From positions 8,813 through 72,812 of the forward strand of contig JAFLBF010000008.1 in the NCBI GenBank assembly GCA_017303895.1: DNA of 64,000 nt, in the 5' to 3' direction. This stretch comes from Bacteroidota bacterium. Its GTDB lineage: Bacteria; Bacteroidota; Bacteroidia; 2-12-FULL-35-15. Below, one piece after another: positions 46,894-56,970 of this stretch (positions within the stretch are counted from its first letter, which is position 1; every line of letters starts with the position of its first letter). Below the pieces are notes generated by a model. That model was not told the origin of the DNA. It saw nothing but the letters and a program-made list of their open reading frames with translations, and searched no databases. The position numbers and the translations under genes are program-made.

Positions 46894-47462
46894 GTGATCA
46901 GCTTATTAACAGCAATTGCCCTGTGAGAAACTAAATTCTTTTCTTCAATGCTAAGCTCTGCAAACGTTTTATCATAACCATCGGGCACAAATATCGGATC
47001 ATATCCAAAACCTTTTTCTCCTATCTTATTATGCAAGATCCTGCCATTCACAATCCCTTCAAACAAAACCTCTTTGTTATCAATTACCAATGAAATAACA
47101 GTCTTAAATCTAGCTTTCCTGTTTTCCACTCCACTTAATTCGGCTAACACTTTATTCATATTGGCATTCGCATCTTTAGCATCACCGGCATATCTGGCAG
47201 ATAATACCCCAGGTCTTCCATCCAAAGCTTCGATTTCAAGACCAGTATCATCAGCAAAACAATTGACCTGATACTTTTTATGTACATAAAATGCTTTCTG
47301 AGAAGCATTCCCTTCAATTGTAGCTTGTGTTTCAGGAATTTCTTCTGCACAATGAATATCTGATAGACTACGAATTTTAATATTGTCCGGTATCAAATTT
47401 TGAATTTCTTTCGCCTTGTTAGGGTTGGCTGTAGCAAATACTAATTCCATGTTATCGACCAA
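46866..47462 (-). CDS. Non-canonical purine NTP pyrophosphatase (RdgB/HAM1, dITP/XTP)
   Basis: 198 aa. LVFATANPNKAKEI, FADDTGLEIEALDGRPGV, GFGYDPIF. Confidence 0.8.
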   Translation of the reverse strand: MVDNMELVFATANPNKAKEIQNLIPDNIKIRSLSDIHCAEEIPETQATIEGNASQKAFYVHKKYQVNCFADDTGLEIEALDGRPGVLSARYAGDAKDANANMNKVLAELSGVENRKARFKTVISLVIDNKEVLFEGIVNGRILHNKIGEKGFGYDPIFVPDGYDKTFAELSIEEKNLVSHRAIAVNKLITYLKQTNPL

Positions 47463-48531
47463 TGATTTTATTAAAAAGATCTAAATATTTTTGTTTATTC
47501 GCTTCTACCGAATACTTTTCTAGCACCGTTGTTCTTCCTGCTTTCCCGATTCTTTCTCTTAATTCTTTAGATTCGATAAGCAAGGATAATTTATCGAACC
47601 ATTCCTGTTCAGTTGTAGCTAAATATCCATTTACTCCATCCTGAATTATTTCTGTATTAACCCCGACCGGTGACATGATCGTAGGTATCTCTAATGCCAT
47701 GTATTGCAAACCTTTTAATCCACACTTCCCTTTTGCCCATTCATCATCAGGAAGTGGCATAATCCCTATGTCAAACGAAGAAAGATCTTGCAACTCCGTT
47801 TTTTTATTCCAAGCCATACCCTTAACTCCTAAATCTAAATTAACATAATTGGAATCTCCGATTACTTTTATTTCAACTTTTTCTTTAAACTTATCTTTTA
47901 TCTTCTTTAACACCGATACAGCATATTCAAAATGCTGAATGGTAGTTATGCTTCCACTCCAGCCAACAATAACCTTATCTGAACCGGGAAGTTCAACTCT
48001 TCTATATTCAACTGTATCAATAGTTGTTGGAATGATCTCTACATTCGAATTATACTTAAGTGCATAGTCTTTTAAATACTGATTTCCTGCAAACACAAGA
48101 TGAGCACATGAAGTGATTTCTGCAGTTTTTTTAGCATTTTTAAGCCAAACAAAAGATTTGTTTGCATCAGAAACATTTTGAAGCCAAATTGAATCATCAA
48201 AATCAAAAATCATTTTTGCATACTTGGAAAAACGTTTTTCAAAAAAACTTGATCCCAACATAAAACATTCTCTCTGCACAAATATGATATCATAATCCTT
48301 TGCACTGGATAATTCGGTAAATCTTTGTAAAAAACCTCTAATCACAATAATGGCTTTAGAAAACAAATGTCCCTTTTGATAAAAAACACGATCATCTTTT
48401 TCATCTAACAAATATGAAAAAGTATAATCATAGCCTGATGCTTTCAGAAAAGTAAGGTATTGCTCAAATCGAAAACGCTGACTTGGAGATCTATCCGGAC
48501 GATGAAGTGTAAGAAACAGAACTTTGGGCAT
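47452..48531 (-). CDS. Glycosyltransferase (GT-B fold, family 4-like)
   Basis: 359 aa. C-terminal GT-B block MPLPDDEWAKGKCGLKGLQYMALEIPTIMSPVGVNTEIIQDGVNGYL (E-x7-E-like). Confidence 0.6.
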   Translation of the reverse strand: MPKVLFLTLHRPDRSPSQRFRFEQYLTFLKASGYDYTFSYLLDEKDDRVFYQKGHLFSKAIIVIRGFLQRFTELSSAKDYDIIFVQRECFMLGSSFFEKRFSKYAKMIFDFDDSIWLQNVSDANKSFVWLKNAKKTAEITSCAHLVFAGNQYLKDYALKYNSNVEIIPTTIDTVEYRRVELPGSDKVIVGWSGSITTIQHFEYAVSVLKKIKDKFKEKVEIKVIGDSNYVNLDLGVKGMAWNKKTELQDLSSFDIGIMPLPDDEWAKGKCGLKGLQYMALEIPTIMSPVGVNTEIIQDGVNGYLATTEQEWFDKLSLLIESKELRERIGKAGRTTVLEKYSVEANKQKYLDLFNKIIGR

Positions 48532-48532
48532 A

Positions 48533-49558
48533 TTATTCTTCCAACCAAACTTTTGGTAAGTTTTCTGTTATTTCAATTCCATTAAATTTATCACTGCTTT
48601 TAACGCCTGTCATTTTTGCCCAATCAGCCATTTTCCGGAGCCCCTCAGATAAATCAGTATAACTGTCATTACTGATATTAAATACCTTCTTCATCTTTGA
48701 ATGATCGGAATAGGCATGCTGTACCTCATTTCGCGCTTCTAAGTGTCGTAATGGCTGATGGCTCCCCATTGCATTCATGACCTCTATAGCTAACTCATTT
48801 ACTGAATAATCCTGATCCCCGCCAATATTGAAAACCTCATTATAAGCCTGTGGCACATTTACTGAATTAGCGATATGTGGTGCAACATCACCAATATAAC
48901 TAAAAGCACGGGTTTGAGTACCATCTCCAAAAACTGTCAAAGGTTTACCTTGCATTAGTTGATTCATAAAAATTCCAACAACATTTCTATAACGATCACC
49001 GATATTCTGATACTCACCGTAAACATTGTGTGGACGGAAGATGACATAATTAAGCCCAAACATCTCATGAGTTGTTTTAAGATCCATTTCTACTGAATAT
49101 TTAGCTATACCATAAGGATCTTCGGGCATTGGCACCATATCCTCTCTCATTGGAAGTTGACCTTTACCATAAACAGCTATAGAAGAAGTAAATACAAAAC
49201 ATTTGATCTTGTGTAATACTGCTTGGTTAATCAAATTAATGCTACCTATGACGTTATTATTGTAATTAAAACGTTTTATAAAATGACTCAATCCTTCTGC
49301 CGCATATGCAGCTAAATGATATACATAATCAAACTTTTCCTCTGCGAACAATTTCTCCAAAAGCGCATAATCATTGATCGAGCCTTCAACAAATACAGCT
49401 TTAGCATTAACATTTTCCTTAAACCCTCCACTAAGATCATCTAACACAACTACGCTATGTCCTAATTCAATCAAATGATTGGTAACATGAGCTCCTATGA
49501 ATCCGGCACCACCGGTAACTAACGATTTAGGCATCTTGAATAATAAATATTTATGCAA
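48533..49558 (-). CDS. NAD-dependent sugar epimerase/dehydratase (SDR family)
   Basis: 341 aa. VTGGAGFIGAHV Rossmann motif. YxxxK (YGIAKYSVE). Confidence 0.8.
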   Translation of the reverse strand: MHKYLLFKMPKSLVTGGAGFIGAHVTNHLIELGHSVVVLDDLSGGFKENVNAKAVFVEGSINDYALLEKLFAEEKFDYVYHLAAYAAEGLSHFIKRFNYNNNVIGSINLINQAVLHKIKCFVFTSSIAVYGKGQLPMREDMVPMPEDPYGIAKYSVEMDLKTTHEMFGLNYVIFRPHNVYGEYQNIGDRYRNVVGIFMNQLMQGKPLTVFGDGTQTRAFSYIGDVAPHIANSVNVPQAYNEVFNIGGDQDYSVNELAIEVMNAMGSHQPLRHLEARNEVQHAYSDHSKMKKVFNISNDSYTDLSEGLRKMADWAKMTGVKSSDKFNGIEITENLPKVWLEE

Positions 49559-49627
49559 ATGTAACCAAAAGGGCTAATTTAACCTACCCCTTCAATAAAT
49601 TCAATACATTATTCCATCTTTTTTCAC

Positions 49628-49635
49628 TATTTTTG
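49628..49635 (+). promoter_or_regulatory. Candidate Bacteroidota -7 promoter element (TATTTTTG) upstream of the plus-strand glycan gene block. Speculative.
   Basis: Matches TAnnTTTG about 65 nt upstream of the ATG at 49700, in the 141-bp divergent intergenic region. No clear -33 TTG. Confidence 0.2.
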
Positions 49636-49699
49636 GGGAACATGAACACAGACCATTTCAGGTAGAAATTAGCTGAGGAGATATGCAATTATTCGAGAT

Positions 49700-50317
49700 A
49701 TGATGCAAAAGATATTGACACGTTTAAAATATTCATTTTTTAACAAGCAGCCGTCAAGTATTTTTACCAAGGATCTTATTTCCGGTGAGAATTTTCAGAT
49801 AGGAGAATATACCTATGGAAAACCCATTGTACTTTATCAAGAATCCGGTGCATCACTCATTATTGGCAAATTTTGTTCATTCGCAGAAAACACCACCATA
49901 TTTCTGGGAGGTAATCATCGAACAGATTGGGTATCAACCTATCCCTTTCGAGAAATATTTACCCAAGAATCATCATTAAATACAATAAGTGGTCACCCTT
50001 CAACAAATGGTGATGTAATTATTAAAAACGATGTCTGGATAGGAAGAAATGCAACGATCCTTTCAGGAGTAAAAATAGAAAACGGTGCTGTTATCGGGGC
50101 TGGATCTTTAGTTACTAAAGACATTGGCCCATATGAAATTTGGGGCGGCAACCCAGCTAAACTAATTCGAAAACGCTTTGACGAAGAGACAATAAAAGCA
50201 TTGCTTGATATAAAATGGTGGGATTGGGAATACAACAAAATAATAAGCCATGCGCCATCTTTGTGTAACAACAATATTTTTGATTTTATAAGCCAACATC
50301 GTTCAACAAATAAATGA
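49700..50317 (+). CDS. Hexapeptide-repeat O-acetyltransferase (CatB/XAT-like sugar O-acetyltransferase)
   Basis: 205 aa. Left-handed beta-helix repeats (IGKFCSFAENTTIFLGGNHRTDWVSTYPF; VWIGRNATILSGVKIENGAVIGAGSLV). Confidence 0.75.
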   Translation: MMQKILTRLKYSFFNKQPSSIFTKDLISGENFQIGEYTYGKPIVLYQESGASLIIGKFCSFAENTTIFLGGNHRTDWVSTYPFREIFTQESSLNTISGHPSTNGDVIIKNDVWIGRNATILSGVKIENGAVIGAGSLVTKDIGPYEIWGGNPAKLIRKRFDEETIKALLDIKWWDWEYNKIISHAPSLCNNNIFDFISQHRSTNK

Positions 50318-50323
50318 GATAAA

Positions 50324-51082
50324 ATGCTGAGGGCTATTAATAATATAAGGAGAAAATTATATATAGGGAGCTTAATAGAAAGCGACCCTGTATTTCTTTA
50401 TGCGGAGAAGCTAACTAAATTAGAAGAAAAGAAAACGATCCTACGAACAGATGTTTTAAACTATTTATTATCACAACAAAAAAAAGCAGCTCCAATTTAC
50501 CTTGAGATAGGTGTTAGGAATCCTAACGAAAATTTCAATAAGATCATATGCACAACTAAATATAGTGTCGATCCAGGTATAGAATACAAACCCAATCCTG
50601 TAGATTTTAAAATGACAAGTGATGAGTTTTTTTTAAAATTAAAAGAGGGCAAAATATTAAATCCAGACATTAAATTCAACATCGTATTTATTGATGGGTT
50701 GCACACTGCTGAACAAGTTGAAAAAGATGTTGAGAACGCCCTCACATTCTTGGCAGAAGATGGATACTTAGTATTACATGATTGCAATCCGCCTACAGAA
50801 TATCATGCACGTGAGGATCATTCTTTCAACCTATCTCCAGCGAGAAATAATTGGAATGGATCGGTTTGGAAGACATTTTATAAACTCCGCTTGAACCCAG
50901 AAATTTCATGTTGCTGTATTGACAGTGATTGGGGAGTTGGTGTCATCAGCAAAAAAAAACATTTTGACCATTTAAAAGAAAATTTTAATCCATATTTCGA
51001 ATATCGAATTTTCAACAACAGAAGAAAAGACAGTTTGAATCTGATTGATTTTGAAGAGTTTAAAAAAATAATACGAGAATAA
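50324..51082 (+). CDS. Class I SAM-dependent methyltransferase-like (Methyltransf_24 / TylF-CmcI-like)
   Basis: 252 aa. YLEIGVRNPNENF (motif I-like) and IVFIDGLHTAEQVEKDVENAL (FIDGDH-type block). Confidence 0.45.
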   Translation: MLRAINNIRRKLYIGSLIESDPVFLYAEKLTKLEEKKTILRTDVLNYLLSQQKKAAPIYLEIGVRNPNENFNKIICTTKYSVDPGIEYKPNPVDFKMTSDEFFLKLKEGKILNPDIKFNIVFIDGLHTAEQVEKDVENALTFLAEDGYLVLHDCNPPTEYHAREDHSFNLSPARNNWNGSVWKTFYKLRLNPEISCCCIDSDWGVGVISKKKHFDHLKENFNPYFEYRIFNNRRKDSLNLIDFEEFKKIIRE

Positions 51083-51084
51083 TC

Positions 51085-51972
51085 ATGGCATCTATAACAA
51101 TTGGGATGCCTGTGTACAACGATAAAAATTTTATAGAAGCATCCATCAAAAGTATTTTAGCTCAAACATTTACTGATTTTAATTTAATCATTGCCGATGA
51201 CTGCTCTTCAGATGGAAGTGCAGATATTTGTTTAAAATATGCTGCAATAGACTCCAGAATAACATACATTAAACATAAAAACAATATTGGTATATCACAA
51301 AACATGAAATTCCTGCTCATGCAGGCTAGAACCGACTTTTTTATGTGGGCGGCTGACGATGATCTATGGAGTACCGATTATGTTGAAACGCTATTGAATA
51401 ACTTAAAACAATCGAAAACAGGAATTGTATCTTTTTGCACTTTTGCTACAATAGATGAGGCAAACAACATCATCAAAGATCAAATCGATTTTGATTACCA
51501 TAACGAAAATGTAAGGAAAAGATTGACAGGATTTATCCGTAATGCCAATGATGCATTTGGATACGGAATTTTCAGAACAGATCAAATTCAGAATGTTGAA
51601 TTTCCTATTTGGTGGTGGCCCAACAGAAAATGTGCGTACAATAACATATACCCAACATTATGCTATTACTTAGCTAAAGGAGACTATATCCATTGTGCCG
51701 GTGTACCTCGTTTTTTTAACAGAATAAAATCTACCAATAATATAAATCATATACTTCCATACAAAAAAGATGGAATTAAGGAACTTTTAGCATACATACT
51801 ACGGAAAATGAATCTGGTTTGTTTTTCATTTTTACTAATATATAAAACAGGCAAATATGGTTTAGCAATAATAACATTACCTACATTGCTCTACTATTGG
51901 TTTTTAGCTCCATCACTACAAAAGATCAAACATTTTTTCAAGAAGGCTAAAGGAGATAAAACCTCCTATTAA
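51085..51972 (+). CDS. Family 2 glycosyltransferase
   Basis: 295 aa. ITIGMPVYNDKNFIEASIKSILAQTFTDFNLIIADDCSSDGS. DDD (WAADDDLW). Confidence 0.7.
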   Translation: MASITIGMPVYNDKNFIEASIKSILAQTFTDFNLIIADDCSSDGSADICLKYAAIDSRITYIKHKNNIGISQNMKFLLMQARTDFFMWAADDDLWSTDYVETLLNNLKQSKTGIVSFCTFATIDEANNIIKDQIDFDYHNENVRKRLTGFIRNANDAFGYGIFRTDQIQNVEFPIWWWPNRKCAYNNIYPTLCYYLAKGDYIHCAGVPRFFNRIKSTNNINHILPYKKDGIKELLAYILRKMNLVCFSFLLIYKTGKYGLAIITLPTLLYYWFLAPSLQKIKHFFKKAKGDKTSY

Positions 51973-51996
51973 AAAAGATTATTTATAATAAACAAT

Positions 51997-53340
51997 TTGT
52001 CAGTAAATAGAAACATATTATACACATTCTTAACGCAAGGTCCAACCATTTTTCTTGGGCTGTTTATTAATTTCTTTATAACAAGAATTTTAATGGCAGA
52101 AGGAAAAGGGATCTATTCCATTTTTCAATCCGACATTGACTTACTAACTCTCTTCCTTGGCTTTACAATTTCATCAGCAATTGTTTTTTATGTATCTAAT
52201 AACAAAATAAATCTTGAAAAATTGGTTGGGATCGGGATATCATTCATTGCTATTGGCGCACTTATTCTCACATTTTTATTTTTTATAATCCCTTTATTTT
52301 TTAACAACAATTTTTTATTCCCGAAAAATCATAACAGTCTATTTCACCATATATACCTTTTGATAACTTTTTGTGTGGTAATGAGCATAACAGTCTTATC
52401 ATCTGTCTTTCAAGGTAAATCGCAATTTAAAGTTCTAAACTTCATTACAATTTTCAATAGCATTATTAATTTAATTGTATATGGCATTCTCTTCTACTTA
52501 AAAGAGTTTAAAAACTATAATATTAGCATCAACTTCATTCTAATAGTAACAGCCTCCGTACACACATTAAACTTGACACTATGGCTGCTTTTCTATAAAA
52601 AATACATAAACATTGTACCTCGTTTTAATTTCAGTTACGAGTCGGAGATAAAGCCACTCTTTATTTTCATCACTATTGGTCACATTGCCCACATGGTTAA
52701 TTTCCTGACTTACAAAATGGATTTTTGGATAGTAGAACATTATAACGGATCGAAAGAGCTCGGTTATTATTCACAAGCGGTAGGCTTTTCACAAATGTTT
52801 TGGTCAATTACAAATCCAATAATTATTGTCTTAACCCCCTATTTAACTTCAAAGACAAACGAAAATGCTATTGAATCATTTAAATTCTTCTCAAGAGTAA
52901 ATTTTACGCTGATCTTCATACTTGTACTAATTGCTTTTAGTATATGCGGCTTCATATTCCCTCTTTATGGACAAGAATTTGAACATTCAGTAATTCCATT
53001 TCGAATATTGTCACTATCAATAATAATGTCATGCATCACAAAAATATTTGCCGTGTATATTTATGCAAACAATAAAATTGTATACAATTTAATTGCTGCT
53101 TCTGTTGCGTTTGTTACCACTCTGGCTGCTGACCTTATTCTAATACCCAGATATGGTATGATGGGAGCAAGTATTGCAACAACGATATCTTATACAACAT
53201 TAACTGCAATGGTCTCCTATTTTCTTTTTTTTAAAATGAAAGTTGACCATAAAAATTTATTTTTTTTAAAAACATCCGATTATTCGGCAATTTTTAACCG
53301 TTTAAAAACAAGTTTAGTTCAATCAAAAAATGAAAAATAA
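51997..53340 (+). CDS. Oligosaccharide flippase (Wzx / polysaccharide biosynthesis protein family)
   Basis: 447 aa with about 12-14 TM helices, in a glycan locus. Confidence 0.65.
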   Translation: MSVNRNILYTFLTQGPTIFLGLFINFFITRILMAEGKGIYSIFQSDIDLLTLFLGFTISSAIVFYVSNNKINLEKLVGIGISFIAIGALILTFLFFIIPLFFNNNFLFPKNHNSLFHHIYLLITFCVVMSITVLSSVFQGKSQFKVLNFITIFNSIINLIVYGILFYLKEFKNYNISINFILIVTASVHTLNLTLWLLFYKKYINIVPRFNFSYESEIKPLFIFITIGHIAHMVNFLTYKMDFWIVEHYNGSKELGYYSQAVGFSQMFWSITNPIIIVLTPYLTSKTNENAIESFKFFSRVNFTLIFILVLIAFSICGFIFPLYGQEFEHSVIPFRILSLSIIMSCITKIFAVYIYANNKIVYNLIAASVAFVTTLAADLILIPRYGMMGASIATTISYTTLTAMVSYFLFFKMKVDHKNLFFLKTSDYSAIFNRLKTSLVQSKNEK

Positions 53341-54052
53341 GAAAAACATCTCTGATTTTTATGATGCTTACTCTGAGCAACAACAAAAAATGTGGCACAA
53401 TGAACGCCATTATTTTTTGATTGAGCAATTAAAGAAACTAGGACTCAAGAAAAACTCTATAATCCTAGAGATTGGATGTGGAATAGGCACGGTATCAAAT
53501 CTTATTGTACCTCTTATTCCGAAAGGAAAATTATATGCTACAGATATTAGTCCGAAAAGCATAGAAATTGCGAAAGAGCACAACAAAAAATATTCGAATG
53601 CTATATTTTTTACAGCAGATTCAACAGAAAATCCTATCCCCGATCATAATTATGATTTTATTGTTCTTTTTGATGTATTGGAACATATTGAAAAAAATGA
53701 TCGCATACAATTTCTAGAGAACATTTCGAAGTTAATGAATGAAAAAACACTTTTATTGATAAATGTTCCGGCACCTAACGCACATATACATGCAATTGAA
53801 AAAACACCTGAACTTATGCAGATTATAGAAGTCCCCGTTTTCATTGAAGATATAGTTCCCATATTAAAAAAATGCAAATTGGAAATACGGTCTTTCTTTA
53901 CATATGATATGTGGCAGAAAGATGAATATCAGTTTTATCTCATTGAAAAACATAAAGAGTATGTTTTTCACAAAACACAACCACACAATAAGCATAATCC
54001 TCAATCTATTAAAAATAGAATCAAAAAGAAAATAAACAACATTACATCATAG
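53330..54052 (+). CDS. Class I SAM-dependent methyltransferase
   Basis: 240 aa. Motif I ILEIGCGIGTVSN. Motif II-like FIVLFDVLEHI. Confidence 0.65.
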   Translation: MKNKKNISDFYDAYSEQQQKMWHNERHYFLIEQLKKLGLKKNSIILEIGCGIGTVSNLIVPLIPKGKLYATDISPKSIEIAKEHNKKYSNAIFFTADSTENPIPDHNYDFIVLFDVLEHIEKNDRIQFLENISKLMNEKTLLLINVPAPNAHIHAIEKTPELMQIIEVPVFIEDIVPILKKCKLEIRSFFTYDMWQKDEYQFYLIEKHKEYVFHKTQPHNKHNPQSIKNRIKKKINNITS

Positions 54053-54057
54053 ACACT

Positions 54058-55224
54058 ATGAAAATTGCTTTTTTCGCAGATATAAACGATAATCATAACC
54101 AAAAGTGGTTTAAGATTCTTGCCCAAAAGCATGAGTTATTTGTATTTACAGAAAAAAGTAATCAATTAAAAAATAAAAATATTTTTCTTAATTCCACGGA
54201 AAACATCAGGATATACCCTATTCTGGAAGACAGGTATTCAATAAAAAACTTATTCTTTAAGCATCCTTTAATTAACGAAATAAACCTCCTTTTACTTACA
54301 AATGAAATAGAATTTGTACATAGTATCTATGCGGTCCCCTATTCATTTTGGGCATTCGACACATGTATCAATAAACATATCATTACAACTTACGGGTCTG
54401 ATATGCTTGTTGACTATAACCAGATATTCAAAAAACCTGTATCGCTAAAGAATGGCATCTCTTTTTATTTATTAAAAACAAGATTAGAAAGGATATTCAA
54501 CAACGCAGCCTTTATAACCTCTACATCTTTCGAGCAACAAAAAGTAATAAAAACTTTCACAAAAGACCATAAAAAACTTTCTATCATCAGAACTGGAGTT
54601 GATTGCAATTTTTTTATTGAAAATATTGAAAAGTATAGTAATAAAAAAAATCATCTGACAATTTTATCGAACAGAGCAATGAGACCCTTGTATAATATTG
54701 ATCTCATTGTAGATGCATTCAAACTTTTAACAGATAGCAACCCAAAAATGTCAGGAACCCAACTGGTTCTTTTGAATTACTATACAGATGAAGAATATTA
54801 CCGATCAATTTTGAATAAAATAAAGCAATATAATTTACAAAAAAACATAACAATACTTACGGATCTTAAATTTCTCGATCTAATAGAACAGTATGCATGT
54901 GCGGATCTAGTAATAATGATCCCATCCTCTGATGGAACACCTGTTTCCGGAGTAGAAACATTACTATCAAAAAAACCATTAATTTTAGGGGACTTAAACT
55001 ATGATATTGATCTGTTTAATAAAGATACAACCTGGAGAACATCAAATTTTAGTATTGAATCCGTTTGTAATGCAATAGAAGAGGTTTTATCGACCTCAAA
55101 AGATGTAATAGATAGTAAAACAGAAAAAGGACGTACGCAAGCATTAAACAACGCAGACGTATATAAAGAAATAAAAAAAATAGAACATTTGTATCATCAA
55201 ATTAAGTCAAATAATGGAATATAG
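54058..55224 (+). CDS. Glycosyltransferase (GT-B, family 4-like)
   Basis: 388 aa. C-terminal GT-B block DLVIMIPSSDGTPVSGVETLLSKKPLILGD. Confidence 0.55.
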   Translation: MKIAFFADINDNHNQKWFKILAQKHELFVFTEKSNQLKNKNIFLNSTENIRIYPILEDRYSIKNLFFKHPLINEINLLLLTNEIEFVHSIYAVPYSFWAFDTCINKHIITTYGSDMLVDYNQIFKKPVSLKNGISFYLLKTRLERIFNNAAFITSTSFEQQKVIKTFTKDHKKLSIIRTGVDCNFFIENIEKYSNKKNHLTILSNRAMRPLYNIDLIVDAFKLLTDSNPKMSGTQLVLLNYYTDEEYYRSILNKIKQYNLQKNITILTDLKFLDLIEQYACADLVIMIPSSDGTPVSGVETLLSKKPLILGDLNYDIDLFNKDTTWRTSNFSIESVCNAIEEVLSTSKDVIDSKTEKGRTQALNNADVYKEIKKIEHLYHQIKSNNGI

Positions 55225-56344
55225 GGTTTGTAATAGATGTGTATTAGATACGAATGACGACCCTGAAATAACGTTCAATAAAGATGGGGTTTGCAGCTAT
55301 TGCCTTGAATACGATGCAACTATTCAAGAAAATAAACTGAATGATAGGGCACAGACAGAAATTAAACTTAATGAGCTATTAACAACAATAAAATCTAAAG
55401 GGCAAAAAAATAAATACGATTGTATTATAGGTGTTAGTGGTGGTGTTGACAGTACTTATCTGGTATTAAAAGCCAAAGAATTGGGATTGCGTCCTCTTAT
55501 TGTTCACTATGACAATGGCTGGGACTCAGAATTAGCGGTCATGAATATCGAGAACCTAATTAAAAAACTTGACCTTGACCTAATAACATATGTTAATGAC
55601 TGGAACGAATTCAGAAAAATACAGTTGGCATTTTTTAAAGCATCCGTAATTGATATTGAACTTATTACAGATCAGGCAATTTTAGCAACGATATATAAAA
55701 TTGCTCAAAAGTATAAGATCAAGTACATTCTATATGGATCGAACTTATCAACCGAAGCAATTCTTCCAAAAAACTGGTATCATTGGAAAATAGATGTATT
55801 GAACATACTAGCTATACATAAATTATTCAGTAACAAAAAACTAATCTCCTATCCTACTTTAAGTTTTTTTAAACATATATATGTAACAAGAATATTAAAG
55901 ATAAAGAGCATTAATCTCTTGAATTATTTAAGCTATTCAAAAGATGAGGCTAAAAGAACGATCATAGAGAAATTAGACTGGAAAGACTACGGAGGTAAAC
56001 ACCATGAGTCAATATTTACTAGATTTTATCAATCTTACATTCTTCCGCATAAATTTAATGTTGATAAAAGGAAAGCACATCTTTCCACTCTTATTTGCTC
56101 ATCACAGATAACTCGATCAGAAGCCTTAGAAGAGTTAAAAAAGCCCATATATGACCAGGAAAAATTTAAAGATGACTACGAGTATGTATTAAAAAAAATG
56201 GGTTTGACAGAAAAAGAATTCACAGAATTAATGAATTTGCCGATAAAAAAACATACGGATTACCCGTCATATTTAACAAAACACTACAAGTACCAATTGA
56301 AAGTATCACAATTTTTAAAACCCATAACCCAATTATTTAAATAG
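55214..56344 (+). CDS. N-acetyl-sugar amidotransferase (WbpG/LPS-biosynthesis PP-loop ATPase family)
   Basis: 376 aa. N-terminal Cys cluster (CNRCVLD...CSYC). PP-loop IGVSGGVDSTY. Confidence 0.75.
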   Translation: MEYRVCNRCVLDTNDDPEITFNKDGVCSYCLEYDATIQENKLNDRAQTEIKLNELLTTIKSKGQKNKYDCIIGVSGGVDSTYLVLKAKELGLRPLIVHYDNGWDSELAVMNIENLIKKLDLDLITYVNDWNEFRKIQLAFFKASVIDIELITDQAILATIYKIAQKYKIKYILYGSNLSTEAILPKNWYHWKIDVLNILAIHKLFSNKKLISYPTLSFFKHIYVTRILKIKSINLLNYLSYSKDEAKRTIIEKLDWKDYGGKHHESIFTRFYQSYILPHKFNVDKRKAHLSTLICSSQITRSEALEELKKPIYDQEKFKDDYEYVLKKMGLTEKEFTELMNLPIKKHTDYPSYLTKHYKYQLKVSQFLKPITQLFK

Positions 56345-56348
56345 CAGT

Positions 56349-56963
56349 ATGATAACAATTATAGACTATGGAATAGGGAATGTTGGTTCTATAAAGAACA
56401 TGCTAAAGAAAGTGGGATCTAAATCTCAAATTACCAGCGATTTAAATGAAATAAAAAAGGCAGATAAATTGATACTTCCTGGAGTTGGTTCCTTTGATTT
56501 TGGGATGACACAACTAAAAAACAGTAACTTGATAAGTATATTAAATCAAAAAGTATTAGTTGAAAAGAAACCCATTTTAGGAATTTGTTTGGGTATGCAG
56601 TTACTAACAAAAAGCAGTGAGGAAGGAAAAGAAGCTGGGTTAGGATGGGTAGATGCCAGGACATTAAAATTCAAATTTGAAGACGACATCAACTTAAAAG
56701 TTCCACACATGGGGTGGAATGATATACAGATAAAAAAAGACAGTAAATTATTAAGAGACCTTCCAATTCCGTCTAAATTTTATTTTGTTCATAGTTACTA
56801 TGTAAAATGTGAAGATGTATCTAATACCATTCTATCATCAACTTATGGTCATGAATTTACATGTGGGATTGAAAAAGAGAACATCTTGGGCGTACAATTT
56901 CATCCAGAGAAAAGTCATAAATTTGGCATGAAAATATTAAAAAATTTTTCGGAGCTATACTAA
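56349..56963 (+). CDS. HisH-like glutamine amidotransferase (imidazole-glycerol-phosphate-synthase subunit paralog, O-antigen-type)
   Basis: 204 aa. MITIIDYGIGNVGSI, GICLGMQLL (catalytic Cys), FHPEKS. Confidence 0.8.
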   Translation: MITIIDYGIGNVGSIKNMLKKVGSKSQITSDLNEIKKADKLILPGVGSFDFGMTQLKNSNLISILNQKVLVEKKPILGICLGMQLLTKSSEEGKEAGLGWVDARTLKFKFEDDINLKVPHMGWNDIQIKKDSKLLRDLPIPSKFYFVHSYYVKCEDVSNTILSSTYGHEFTCGIEKENILGVQFHPEKSHKFGMKILKNFSELY

Positions 56964-56970
56964 ATAAAGA